A stretch of DNA of 63,997 bases, the filler included, from Rhabdomonas costata (lineage: Eukaryota), in assembly GCA_019059605.1 (NCBI GenBank). It is 39 parts of 39 records of this genome, joined end to end, with 100 filler letters (N's around TTAATTAATTAA, not from the genome) between each part and the next. Parts side by side here need not be neighbours in the genome. Positions count along the whole stretch, not along the records: positions 11,515 to 13,059 come from JAHMHO010013362.1; positions 13,160 to 14,703 come from JAHMHO010013363.1; positions 14,804 to 16,337 come from JAHMHO010013364.1; positions 16,438 to 17,981 come from JAHMHO010013365.1; positions 18,082 to 19,625 come from JAHMHO010013366.1; positions 19,726 to 21,267 come from JAHMHO010013367.1; positions 21,368 to 22,911 come from JAHMHO010013368.1; positions 23,012 to 24,557 come from JAHMHO010013369.1; 31 more parts are not named here. One strand, 5' to 3'. A program made the translations under genes and the position numbers. Below the pieces are notes generated by a model. That model was not told the origin of the DNA. It was given only the letters and a program-made list of their open reading frames with translations, and did no database searches. Below are positions 12,206 through 23,714 of this stretch, piece after piece. The first letter of the stretch is position 1; each line of letters opens with the position of its first letter.

Positions 12206-14435
12206 AGGCTTGGGGGCTCAGGAATGCCCGGCGGGCTTGATCTGGCATGCACGAGTTGCACGCTGGCAAAGCCACCAATAAAACAGGGTTTTTATATCAG
12301 TTGATTTATTCAGAACAAATTGCATATTTTGATTGTTATTATGATTCGCCATTTCACCAAAATCCTCTGATTTGGTGTGCCGTTTACCCACCGAGTTCCT
12401 AGTCCATCACTCCTGGTAGCAAACTAAACAGTTATGAGCTACGCCTTGCCAGATTTCCTGGTGTGCGTGTGTTTTTTCCTTTTCCAAGGCAAGGCGTCGC
12501 CAACGAATCCGCTGAATCCTATTATTATTATTATTAATCCACCGTTTTTTCCATGGCAAGGCGTCGTTCTCCAAAACCAGGAAGAAACTGATGTCACTGC
12601 GAGTGCCGTTTGCCAATCCACTGGATGTGTGACACTCAGCGAGGCGTCGTGCTTTTTAAGTGGGAATATTTCCACTCACACCATGGTTTTGTTTTGTGAA
12701 ACAGTGTACAGTGATCATAGCCATAGTTCCACCATGCAACTTCTGTTTTTCGTATCATGGAAATGGGGGTTTTTGGCGTCAAAGCAGATGTTTTCCGAGA
12801 AAATTGCCCAATCTCAGCAGGGGATGGAAATTTCTTCACAACGCGAACCAACTTGGAGATCCAGAGGTACTTCCGCAGAACCGATACAAGCACACAAGCA
12901 CACTACAGAGACGAACGACACGAAAACCCAAAACCTGACCCTCCATCCTCCAACCACGCACCTCCATCATCCATCCTCCATCCTCACGACAATCACGACC
13001 ATTACAATTGCATCACATCAGCACATCCCTCGAACCCAACCCAACCACCGAACCCTCCGNNNNNNNNNNNNNNNNNNNNNNNNNNNNNNNNNNNNNNNNN
13101 NNNTTAATTAATTAANNNNNNNNNNNNNNNNNNNNNNNNNNNNNNNNNNNNNNNNNNNNGCAACTGTTTGCCTGGGCCAACACGCATTCTTCTCAGAATA
13201 CAATTTTGCGCGCTTCCCCCTCTCTTAGATTCGGCCCTTTTGTGCTTCTGTGCTACCGCTGCTGCGTACTGCCTTGAACCCTGGCAAACTGTCGTGTGTA
13301 AGTAAACTTCGCAAGCTTGAACGTTCCGGTAAGGTCAACCTCCGCTGCGATCGTTTCCGGCCCCCCGCGTAACAGCGGGCGGAAAGGCGCCACACGACCG
13401 AGGGGCATTACCAAGGAGGATGCACCACAAACACCGCGCGCTAAGGCATCCAAGTTCAGCATGGCTTAAACTCACAGCCGTTGTTGTCCATTCGCCAACG
13501 ATAATTGAGGGCAATGAGGCGGCGTTGATGTCAAGCCGAATGCTACCAGTGGGGAGGGACATCACATTACAGGCGTTGTGCGTTTTTCAAAATTGTATTT
13601 CAACCGCATTATGAGAAAGACGCTCGGACCCCCAGAACCAAAGAATTACAAGACCAAAACCGCTAGTCAGCGTCACTTCGTCCCAGCATAAAGTACTCAA
13701 AGTCGCAGCGCATCCACTGGCAGTGATACTGCGAAGTCCTCCTTACATTCCACCCCGCCTGCACCAGCTCGGGCTCGGGCAACGGTAGCTTCACAGCAAC
13801 TAGGACCATCCCACCAGGAGCCTGCGAGGACAAACGACAACCCCTACACGCCAGCCAATATTTCTCGCCTTAAACGACAGGGCCTAATCCACTGCTGCCA
13901 GTGTTCTGGTTCAAACCGAAAGCACAGCGCTTTCCATAGATGTGTCGACCATTAAGCCTCAAATTTCATCATTCTGGGGCAGGATCGGCCCTTAGAAGTA
14001 TCCAAGTTGTTACAAAAAGCAGTCATAACAGAAGTATTGTGGGATTTGCCCAACTCGAAGGATAGCCTATGTATGGCTGAACATAGCACGACGAACATTC
14101 CTTCTTCGGGCTCCAGTCTTTGATGTCCTGAGCCACCGACAAAACGCCTATCGGTGTGTGGGGTCCGACCGTTCCGGGAGCTGATGGAGAAATTCAGGAA
14201 ATAAAGACGGTGATCGGTTCACCTCGGCAAAAAAAACGGAGCACACCAAGAGCTCTGCAAAGCCCGCTAGGATCTCCCGCTTCGTCTCAGGCCGGTCCTC
14301 AATCCAGTGGAAAGCCCAGAAAGCCACCACAAGATCCACCCTCACCCGGGTTGAAGGTACACCTAAACCCAGAGCCTCTGCCATAGTGAGTCCCCCTGAA
14401 CCAGCCGCCTCCCCAGAAGGGGACCACTGCCGTAC

Positions 14436-14618
14436 TGTGGGCCTTTGTCCGGAGAGGTCGTGCAAGGGGATCTCGTAGTCCACCCCGGCGCGGTACAGGA
14501 ACTCGTCAGCCTCGAGGCCGAAGCACCCCCCGGGACTGAGGTGGCGGATCATCCAGATCCCCAGGCTCAGCGCGCCACAAGGGTAATCCAGCACCTTGTG
14601 CGAGCTAGGAAGGCCTTC
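14436..14618 (-). CDS. Class I SAM-dependent methyltransferase exon
   Basis: cag|EGLPSSHKVLDYPCGALSLGIWMIRHLSPGGCFGLEADEFLYRAGVDYEIPLHDLSGQRPT|gtacgg. Matches the GLxxxHxVLDxGCGxLRxGxxxIxYLxxGxYxGxD...YEL methyltransferase pattern, with motif I variant DYPCG. Confidence 0.75.
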
Positions 14619-15366
14619 CTGCATCCCGCACCCCCACCACCACCAGACACGTGCACATTCTCCGAAAAGGCTACAACACAAATTCATCACTATCTTTCCA
14701 CAANNNNNNNNNNNNNNNNNNNNNNNNNNNNNNNNNNNNNNNNNNNNTTAATTAATTAANNNNNNNNNNNNNNNNNNNNNNNNNNNNNNNNNNNNNNNNN
14801 NNNGAAAGACCGCTCTGCTCACAGCCCGCCGGAGCCCACGGTGACAAGCGCCCGCTGCGAAGACCGTGCGTCGCGCTCCATGCCGTCCCTAAAATGAAGT
14901 CCAGCAAACGGGCTAACCCAGGATGTCTTGAAATGTGAACTCAGCATTCCCATTTCACGAAGACCATTCTTTTAGGCAAAGAAAATAGGCACTGAAGTCG
15001 ATGGTACCTCCGAGACTGCAGCGAAGAATTAGCATGACACAGCAAACCTCACTTCTCCTTGCATTACTGTCGCTCGCGGTGGATTCGGTTATTTTCGCAC
15101 CGGTGAAGTGCAGAAGGAATGATGTGCCCAACACCCAGTTGTGCACATCACTCACCTCCTTTGCTCAGCGCAGTTGACCTTCGAATTGACCCACCCTCAA
15201 AAAGCGCACATACAACACACCTTCCGGAGAACAAAACATGCAAGGCCGAACAGCGCCCAACGTTCTAACGTTCCCTTGTGCGAGCAATTGTGCTAGCTCC
15301 TTTCTAAGTTGTTCCACGGCTTCCAAGATGCACTTATGCAACGAAGGGAAGAGTGGGAAGACACAC

Positions 15367-16337
15367 CGGCACCGCGCGCACAAAGCCTCCCTCGAGGGCT
15401 TCTGCCCATGGCAGGCCGTGCACAGGTGCGCGGCGCAGTACCACTTCCCCCCCGTGGGAATGCAGAAGCACTTCCCACTGTTGTGGGCGCACCGAGTCTG
15501 AGGGGGAAAAGAACCTCAATGGTGGTAAAGGGAGGTGGTCAAACCAGGGGAGAGAACGTAGTGAACAACCAAGACCTGACCAAAAGAACCGCGATTACGA
15601 GTAAAGATAAGGTGTTCGTTAGAGGGGGCGGACGCCTGGTACCGCTAAAAGTTTGCTCAATGGGCATTGTCGCCAGCCTTCTTTGAGCTCGTTATCGGGT
15701 AAAGATCAAGTCTCTCAGGAGTTTTTCTGGCAGAGAGCGCCCCACTCACTCGTCGGAAAAATATAATGAGCCAACCAACGCCAGCATTTGATAAAGGAAA
15801 ACACAGACTATTGCAGAAAAAGAGCACCAAACCCCCACTTTCGCAGCGATAGGCGAGCGATGAGGAACCACGCCGAATCCACACTCATGACAAGCGGCAA
15901 CGTTGTCAGAAAAATTACGCAGGGGGCAGGGATTCTCGCGAAACCTGAGCCAGCACGTCCTGCAACCGTGTCAGCTGCATCAGGAAGTTCGGGTTGGGGT
16001 TGGCGCACGGCCGCGCCTTGCGCACCTTCGCAAGAGCTTGCGCCAAACTCATCCGCTCAGTCATCATGAGGTACCCGATGACGATGCTGGCGGAGCGGCT
16101 GATCCCGGCCATGCAGTGCACCAAAACTACCCCGTCCTGGGACAGCGCGTGCTGGATGAACCGCAGCGGCCTCTGAAACTCGATGTGCTGAGTGTCGTCA
16201 TCGTTGAGGCTGCAGTTGTGATAAGTCAGGGACTCGGGGAAGAAGTTGGGCAGATCCTTTGCGGCGTTGACGACGTGGGTCACCCCAAGAGACTTCAGAA
16301 GGCTCCGCGAGGATGCCGCATCCACGCTTCCCAGGTA
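15367..16337 (-). CDS. Dual-specificity protein phosphatase with probable Cys/His-rich downstream exon (partial)
   Basis: Exon 16337-15945 carries LGS..AA, GVTHVVN, the catalytic VHCMAGISRS, IGYLM and R....PNPNF..QL. A phase-0 GT-AG intron (15944-15498) links it to exon 15497-15367. The phosphatase domain is secure; the splice is inferred. Confidence 0.93.
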
Positions 16338-16442
16338 NNNNNNNNNNNNNNNNNNNNNNNNNNNNNNNNNNNNNNNNNNNNTTAATTAATTAANNNNNNN
16401 NNNNNNNNNNNNNNNNNNNNNNNNNNNNNNNNNNNNNTGTGT

Positions 16443-16610
16443 TGGTCGTTCTTGGCGTTCTTGGTGTGCTTTACTTCGGGTGGCTTTACGGGTTTGGTGT
16501 TGTCTTCTGCTTCTTTGGACCTCATTCTGCATGATACTTAGTTTGTTGTTGCTCACTTTCATACGGTGCTTTCGTTGGGGGCTGTGTTTGGATTGTTTGT
16601 AGCGTTATGG
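16443..16610 (+). pseudogene. cox1: Mitochondrial cytochrome c oxidase subunit I fragment (helices IX-X) with in-frame TAG; NUMT, mtDNA fragment or chimera
   Basis: Manual translation: [55 protein letters not shown], matching the COX1 signature FTxGGxTGxxLxxxxLDxxLHDTYxVVAHFHxVLSxGAVF. The TAG is at 16539-16541. Confidence 0.92.
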
Positions 16611-18334
16611 GGTATGCCTGGGTAGGGGGGTCGCCCGGGGTCTTCCCCACTGTTTCTCTGCTGGCCTTCCCTCTCTCACCTGGCCCTGCTCTGCTCTGCT
16701 CTGCCCGCCTTCCCGCCCAGCTGGTTGATATGTAGCCTGACTCATGGCCTTGCCAGGATCTGGCACACGAGGGGCTGATCATCAACTTCTGTCTCAGCTG
16801 ACCAAAAGGGCTCTCTGAAAACCTCTGAAAAGGTTTGTCCAACGCATGAGAGTTTTCTCCTCTGTCTCTGGATGTGGAACACTTGGGTGATCTGGACCGT
16901 GACAAACACTCTCCTACGGGTCCGGAGCCAAACCAGCAGCCTGACAAGCGTTTGGCCAAGAGCTGGGGCGCGAGTGGCTGAGATCGGTCTTCGCCCACCT
17001 TGGAGGCTCCCGGGAATCGCTAGGAAACTTTTTTGGGGACTAGGGACGGAAAATCCTTAGATGTCCTGGCTATATTCTCTGGAAGGAGGAAAACCTTGGT
17101 GAACGGCAGCCTTGGTTTTTGTTTTAATATCTTTGGCCACCCATATGACAAGTTAGCGTTTATGGACCAGAGCAGGGATTGGGTGGCCGGGGAGCCCTTT
17201 CCTCGACAAGGTTGGTTTGTAAGAATCAAGGTCCGAAAGCACCGGGTTATTGGCCAGACCGTTTTTGTTTTGACGGACGCGTGGAAGTCAGAAAAAGGAA
17301 GGGAAAAAATCCCAAAGCTTGGCGGTGGTCGCGTCCATCGCGGCAGCCGGGCGCGATCCCAAAAGGAAATATCACCTTCACTTCGAACCAGTCATGCGAG
17401 TGATGGAAAAGCTCTCTTGCTTGCGAAAGGGATCAAAAAAGGGGGAAGAAACTCCCACCAACGCGGTGAAAAATAAAGTCGAGGCGATCGTGGCTATAGC
17501 GAAAACAACACCTTTCATTTCTGGTTCACGAACTGGAGTTACGGTACTCAAAGAGTGCACGCAAATGACAAAACATAGGGAATTGCATTCCAATTTCAAA
17601 AATCTGAAACGAAATGGTGGTTAGATTAGTGTGAAGGTCTAGCATAAGCAAGCGGAGCCATACTTGAGTACCAATTTTGTCAGGGCTTGCTGATTCAGCA
17701 CAGCACGTCAAAGAACGAACATCGCAGGTCCACAGCGGCCCGACATTTGTAAACCACTGACCCTCCGCGCCTACGAACTGGGGGACTGAAAGCAGACGAT
17801 TTATTATTGGGCCAGTGTGTGATGCTAGTCCATTTGTGCAATTTGCAATTTGGAATGCACACCTGACAGGATGCGAGGATCTCGCGAAGAGGCGGCCTTT
17901 GGGACAGCATTCGTTCACAGCCTCTCACACAAACCCTCGCATGAAACTGTGACCAAAGCAAAGGCACGATGGGGGCAACCANNNNNNNNNNNNNNNNNNN
18001 NNNNNNNNNNNNNNNNNNNNNNNNNTTAATTAATTAANNNNNNNNNNNNNNNNNNNNNNNNNNNNNNNNNNNNNNNNNNNNTGTGTTGTGGGGAAATATA
18101 CCTTGTAGCTGGTAGCTGGTAGTTTGTAAGGTTAAAACACCTCCTTTGCACTACACTTCAGAAACTCTCAATTTTACGATGGCGCGGACAATTTATGGCT
18201 TGCCTGTTTTTTTTTCATGCCTGCTGAATAGTTGTGATTGCTCAATTCCTCATTTCGTGTCATTGTTTGGGCATTGCTTTCGATCGCCTACCACTGTGTG
18301 GAGGTTCTCGGAGGGTGGGTCGGTTCCGATATAG

Positions 18335-19625
18335 GGCATGATGCGAACTCGAACATCGCTGCGGCGTGTTGCCGCGGCGCAGAGCAATGAAGGGGGTGGG
18401 CCCATGGGGCTCTCCCCAGAGGAGCTTGCGCAGCGGGCTACCCTGCGCGCACTGCAGAGCTCTTCTGAGGCTGCCGAGGCCAGAGCACAGCGCAAGGCTC
18501 ACCTGCAGACCCCCGAGGGCATCCTGGAGAAGGTGCGAGATAAGTGGCTGAGAGGGGGGAGGGTACGCGCACCCTTTCACTGTGCCTGGGGACCAGCCGA
18601 TGGTCGCTGTGGTGTGAAAGCATTGTGCGAATTCGGCATTGTAGGCCTTCCCACGCGGCGGGATGTGGTACAAGTACAATAGGACCTCTTGAAGTACTAA
18701 CCACACTGTGTGCACGGCACTTTTGGTGTATCTCTGTGTGTCTTCATCAGAAAAAGTGTTACCGTTGCACAGTGTGCGTGTGTGTATATGTTTCTGGGGG
18801 TGTGGGTCCGCGAGAGGATGCAAGAAGCGCAAAGCGACAGACTCAATGCATGATGCACGCCCACACAGGAGGAGAGCCGAATCGTTCCCCTTCTCAAGAA
18901 GTGGAACTCGTGCGAGTACCTTTCCAGAGCGCTACCCCTGTACGATCCCCAGGTGCTCCGTGGTTTAGTACAATTGGCTTGCAAAACTCACGCGAACATT
19001 CACGTCGACATATCGCAATACGCTGCCTTGAGTGCCGGCATTTGATAAGAACCTCACCTTCTTTGCTCACTTTTCTCGCCGCGGATACTCTTGCTGCCCA
19101 TCGGAAGAGGCTTTTCAACGACCTGGGGGGAATGGAAGATGGAGACGAAATGCGTTGACCGAGTTTCTCGAAAGAACTGTTCCACAGGCAAGCCAACATT
19201 TGATCAGGTCTATGGACTTTTGTTAGAATGTTGTGCCCTGCTGGAATTGGAATAGCAGCCCCATGCCCTGCCTGCAGACCTCATCCCCGACCGGCAGCCG
19301 TCTGCGTAAAACGTCTTTCCATTCTTCTTTCTCATCTGAATCTCCGTTTCTGGGTGTCGATCAATTTGCAGACTGCTTCAAGTGCCGAAAGGGCAGAAGA
19401 GGCTGCGCCCGTGGGGACGGAGGCGGGTGTTGAGAGCGGGGCGGAGGGCTCGGCTGCCGCGGAGTTTCGGGTGCAGCATGTCGTGGGAGACGCCTGCGCG
19501 CCGCAGCTGCCGTTGGGGCGACATCCCGGCGAGGCCCCTGAGGTGCGAATCATCATGCACTGTGTCAACCCCAGCGGGGAGTGGTGCGCCCGGGGCATGT
19601 TCAGAGCCCTGGGCGCACCACACCC
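18335..19625 (+). CDS. CHD1L: CHD1L/ALC1-like chromatin remodeler, linker and macro-domain exons (partial)
   Basis: Exon 18335-18532 (LSPEELAQRATLRALQSSSEAAEARAQRK) resembles the ALC1 linker. The exon from 19372 (VQHVVGDACAP...IIMHCVNPSGEWCARGMFRAL) matches the ALC1/Poa1p-like macro motif (YVxGDxxxP...IIxHCVDxSGxWGxGGxFxAL). Confidence 0.75.
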
Positions 19626-19836
19626 NNNNNNNNNNNNNNNNNNNNNNNNNNNNNNNNNNNNNNNNNNNNTTAATTAATTAANNNNNNNNNNNNNNNNNNN
19701 NNNNNNNNNNNNNNNNNNNNNNNNNCGCGGGAAAAGGGAGCGAGCTTGCTGTGCACACAGTCCTTCTCGGACAGCTTCGCCTCAGCGAGGTTTGGGCGTG
19801 TCAAAGCGAGTCTCCTGTGTGTGTGTGTCCTGCAGG

Positions 19837-20672
19837 CTTTCCCTGCGTGAAGCCGATTCTGAAAACCCTGTGTGACAAGACCTGCAACAAGTACTACAAT
19901 GAGGACTGCGCCCCATGCACGGAACCTGGGAAACGTCTGCCACTCCACCCCCCGTCCTCGTTTTCGCCCCACCTACCGACACCCTTCTATTTTTTCTGTT
20001 TCCCAGGACGAAGGGGTGTGTGGTGGCGAGGAGCAGGGGATTAAGTATGTGACAGATGCTGTTGTACCTTTGCACAGTTGGTTGGTGGACATGCCCGATG
20101 ACCGCCGCGCCTGCAGTGGTGAAAGCTGCACCTTCCACGCCGCACGGTGCCTCGCCTCTCTCTCTTTCTCCCTCTGCTTTGCTGCTGTGGTAGCATAACG
20201 TGCTCCCCACTTTTCATGAAGACGCAAAACTAGCTAGCGAGAGGGCCGCAAGGCACTTGCCTCTTCTCTCGGACTTACTTCTGCCGTTTTGGCAACCTGC
20301 CATCAATTGCGCCTCATGGCACGACTTTCCTTTTTGTCCTTTTGTTGCGGTGGTCTGGAGGGGTTGAGTGGCCGGCCTCAGTTCTTCGCCAGAGAGATGC
20401 ATTTAAACCCACCCCCGTTGTTTTTTGCGGACGGCAGAACGTAGGCATAGCAGGCACTTGCAACCGCAAATTCTCCAAAGGAATCATCTTGGGCTGCGTT
20501 GCAGAGGTGTGAGGAGGGTGAATCCCCCACCTTTTTCTGCATTTCATGTTTGCTTGTTTTGCTCTCCTCGCAGGCTTTCCCGATTCGCCCTGTGTCAAAG
20601 AGCAGGAAATGTGCAACTGGGGCTGCCGGACGGTCTACCAGAAGAATTGTATCGCTTGCCCCTTTGCAGCGG
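19837..20672 (+). CDS. Cys-rich repeat protein exons (unknown family, partial)
   Basis: Two exons both starting cag|GCTTTCCC encode GFPCVKPILKTLCDKTCNKYYNEDCAPC and GFPDSPCVKEQEMCNWGCRTVYQKNCIAC, with shared Cys/Tyr spacing. Confidence 0.55.
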
Positions 20673-21936
20673 GCGAGTGGCTGTGCCTTCCGTGAGAATT
20701 GAGGTGTGTCTGCAGCTCCCTTTGAGGCCGCCCCATTAACAGCCAGGTCACTTGGAGCTTAGGACCCGACCCTTGAATTTTCTGGGGGGAAAAAATCGAA
20801 TTGGTTCGGTTTTGAAGCCTCCACGCCGCGATGCTCAGCTCCTGTGTGTTTATGGGCGCTGTGGGCTGCAGCTAGACCATAGTACACAGTGCGCTGATCG
20901 GTGTGGTGTTCCTCATTTCTTACAGGGTGATAGGCGTCCGGTTGGCAGGCGACCCCTCTGAGCAAAGTAAGGATGTTCCCCAATATGGGCTTTGTGTTTT
21001 TTTTATTCTGTTCGCAATGTTTCACAATCGGGTGGAAAGAGTAGAGTCGGGTGGAAACAGGAGGCCTTGCATTTCTGTTGACGTGGGGACATTTCTCTGT
21101 GGGAAGGTTATTTGGCAAGTTCGCGCCTTCTTGAGCACGTTTTTTTGTACGCCGTGGTGCGTGTTTCCGCGGGTATTTTCCTTTAAGAGAATCTTTCGTG
21201 GGAAAAGGAACGTAAGGGGAACAACAACGGGCCCGCATAGGTCCACAGGCTATCCGGGGGGCTTGAANNNNNNNNNNNNNNNNNNNNNNNNNNNNNNNNN
21301 NNNNNNNNNNNTTAATTAATTAANNNNNNNNNNNNNNNNNNNNNNNNNNNNNNNNNNNNNNNNNNNNGTGGGGTGGTCGTCAGCAGATAAAGGGGTATTC
21401 TGAAATGCAAGCGATAGCCTGAACCAGCGGGCTCTGTTCGTCGGGTCAACAGAACTGGATGAAGCGCCATGGGGCGCTTGGGCTGGGGTCTTTTTTCGAT
21501 GAGCCCAAGCACCGCCAAGCTCTCGCACGCGCGGTACTATCCTTTTTTCGGCTTTAGGAGGGCTTCCCGCTGCGAGTGGTACACAAAGACTTCTGGTTTC
21601 GCTTCCGATGCATCGCGCCCAAGGAGGACCGAAAGTCCCCAACCACGCCTGGTGTGGTCACAACCTCTCATGCCCGTGCCCGTCTGTGTGCCTGAGGAAG
21701 AAGTTCACTGCCGTTTCGTTTGGACGACCCTTTTTCTGCTTACCCCTCTGAAATCTGAGATGACTTATAGCGTTTGGGAAATAAGGCTGAGGTGCCAGGG
21801 TCTTGGTGCGGAAGTCTTTTTCGCTCTCTGAGGACCCCAAGTCTCGTTTTCCCCCTGGGACATGAAACTGGATATTGCAGTGAGGCATCTGTGGGGTCAT
21901 TTGGTTTTCTTGCCCCCTCCCATCGCCCTCGCGCAG

Positions 21937-22028
21937 CGAATGTGGTTGAGAAGTGTGGAAGGCTCATCCAGGCCTGGTCCTGGGTGTACAAGTACACCGA
22001 CAAGGACTACGCCATCGGCAAGACCAAG
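21937..22028 (+). CDS. Probable myosin motor-domain C-terminal (converter) exon
   Basis: cag|..NVVEKCGRLIQAWSWVYKYTDKDYAIGKTK|gttgc. YxIGKTK(VF) is the myosin converter signature. A candidate upstream exon at 21453-21533 (NWMKRHGALG) is not phase-compatible without a further exon. Confidence 0.55.
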
Positions 22029-23012
22029 GTTGCTGCGTCGGGGGCGGGTTAGGGTGTCCTGGCGAGAGCTCTAAGTGGCGGCAGCTGAGATGGGTTATGC
22101 TCGCCCTTTTCTGTGGCCACTTTCTCTGACACTGTGGATTTCACCTGCAGTAGCCACACGAAGAACATACCCCTTGGGTTGGTGAACGAGCGTAGGCGTA
22201 TGTGGTGGAGCGAGTGAACCATCATGCATAGGGAGTGAGAGACCGTAACGTAGCGGAGGGATCTCACGACCGGCAAGAAACACCCCCAGAGGCATCTTTA
22301 TCCCCCTATAGTCATGCTGATACTCTTACACCCCCTTACACCCCTAGAGCGCATCGAGGCATCCCGGCCATCTCTTCTTCTTCTCTCTAGGGGCCCCACG
22401 AACGCAAGTGAGTGGGGATAGTAGGAGGGATGGCATCGACGTAAGGAGATGACATCCCGACATCAAGGCAGGAGGGATGGCGGAGCGGAGCGTAGACATC
22501 CCGACATGCATCTTACCTTCGTCGTCACTTCCCCGCTACCACGGGTCGTTCCTCCTCACTCCACTCTTCCTTCCATCGTCGTGATGCTCCGTCCCTCGCA
22601 TCACTCCTCTTCCTCTACGTTCCCTCCACCGGCATAAGCACGGTTACGGTCACTCAACCCATCAACACCCTTCTATACACGTGTCACTGCGTTCCACTCC
22701 CCGCCATAAGGCGGTCCGTGTCACTCCGTCCGGGCGTAGCCACAGTGGAAGACATCCGGGTTAGGTGAAGGGTTCAGAGGTTGGGTTCCCTCTCCCTACT
22801 GCAGCGGTCTCAGCATCAGCATCTGCATCGAAGCATCCCTCTGACTTCCTGACTTCCCTTGCGTAGGGTTACCGTTACACCTTCTGCGTACGGTATGGCA
22901 CCACACCCCCCNNNNNNNNNNNNNNNNNNNNNNNNNNNNNNNNNNNNNNNNNNNNTTAATTAATTAANNNNNNNNNNNNNNNNNNNNNNNNNNNNNNNNN
23001 NNNNNNNNNNNG

Positions 23013-23714
23013 CTCTGGATGCACGTCGATGGGGCCTATGGGGGGTTCCTGGCGGGCCTGACGGACAGGGGGAAGGCGGCATGCAAGGGGATCGCCCTGG
23101 CCAACTCCGTCTCGCTGGACTTTCACAAGAGTCTGTTTCAGCCTCGCGCGATAGCCGCGCTGGTGGTGCGCGACCGTTCGACGCTGCAGCGCGCGTTTTC
23201 GCTCACGGATAAGGCCTCCGCGGCGTACATGCCAGCGTGCACGCACAGCGACAATGACTCCGAGGAGGGCTCCCTGGACATCCCGGAGTCCCTGTGCAAC
23301 ACCTCCTTGGAGCTCTCCCGGCCCTGCCGGGGGGTTCAGGTTTGGATCCCGCTGGCCCTGCACGGGGTTCAGGCGTTCCGTCAGTGCCTCAGCGAGAGGT
23401 TCGAGATGACCGACTTCCTCGTGGAGGAGCTGAAGGCCTTCTCCGACGCCGTTGAGGTGGTCCCCCGCCCTACCCTCACCGTCGTCACGTTTCGGTGCAT
23501 TCGACGCCCAAGCATGGAGGCCCGCAATGCAGACACCCGGGCTGTGGTCATGGCAGTGCTGCGGAGGGCACGGGTGTATATCTCCACGACCACTGTCCGC
23601 GGGGTGGTGCTGGGCCGGATCTGCGTGCTTAACTACCGCGCTCGAAGGGAGACCCTGCAGCACTTCTTGGATGATCTGAAGGCAGCTCTGCAGGAAACTG
23701 CCGGCCTTGAGTAG
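23013..23714 (+). CDS. Group II PLP-dependent decarboxylase (aromatic-L-amino-acid/glutamate decarboxylase family), C-terminal half, no intron in the visible part
   Basis: LWMHVDGAYGG, PLP-lysine motif SVSLDFHKSLFQP, ELSRPCRGVQVWIPLALHG, VVTFR and RICVLNYR; high GC3; TAG stop at 23712-23714. Confidence 0.95.
   Translation, partial: LWMHVDGAYGGFLAGLTDRGKAACKGIALANSVSLDFHKSLFQPRAIAALVVRDRSTLQRAFSLTDKASAAYMPACTHSDNDSEEGSLDIPESLCNTSLELSRPCRGVQVWIPLALHGVQAFRQCLSERFEMTDFLVEELKAFSDAVEVVPRPTLTVVTFRCIRRPSMEARNADTRAVVMAVLRRARVYISTTTVRGVVLGRICVLNYRARRETLQHFLDDLKAALQETAGLE

Noticed and set aside
13281-13344. EVDLTGTFKLAK, resembling the FATP/ACSVL C-terminal TGTFK motif
   Set aside because: Short match, no other acyl-CoA synthetase exon in the contig, and it lies downstream of a methyltransferase exon on the same strand.
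19925-20007. cctgggaaac...gtttcccagg inverted repeat as a euglenid non-conventional intron
   Set aside because: The arrangement (CTG 5', CAG 3') is opposite to the described CAG...CTG pairing and the exon phases are unresolved. All other reconstructable introns end in AG.
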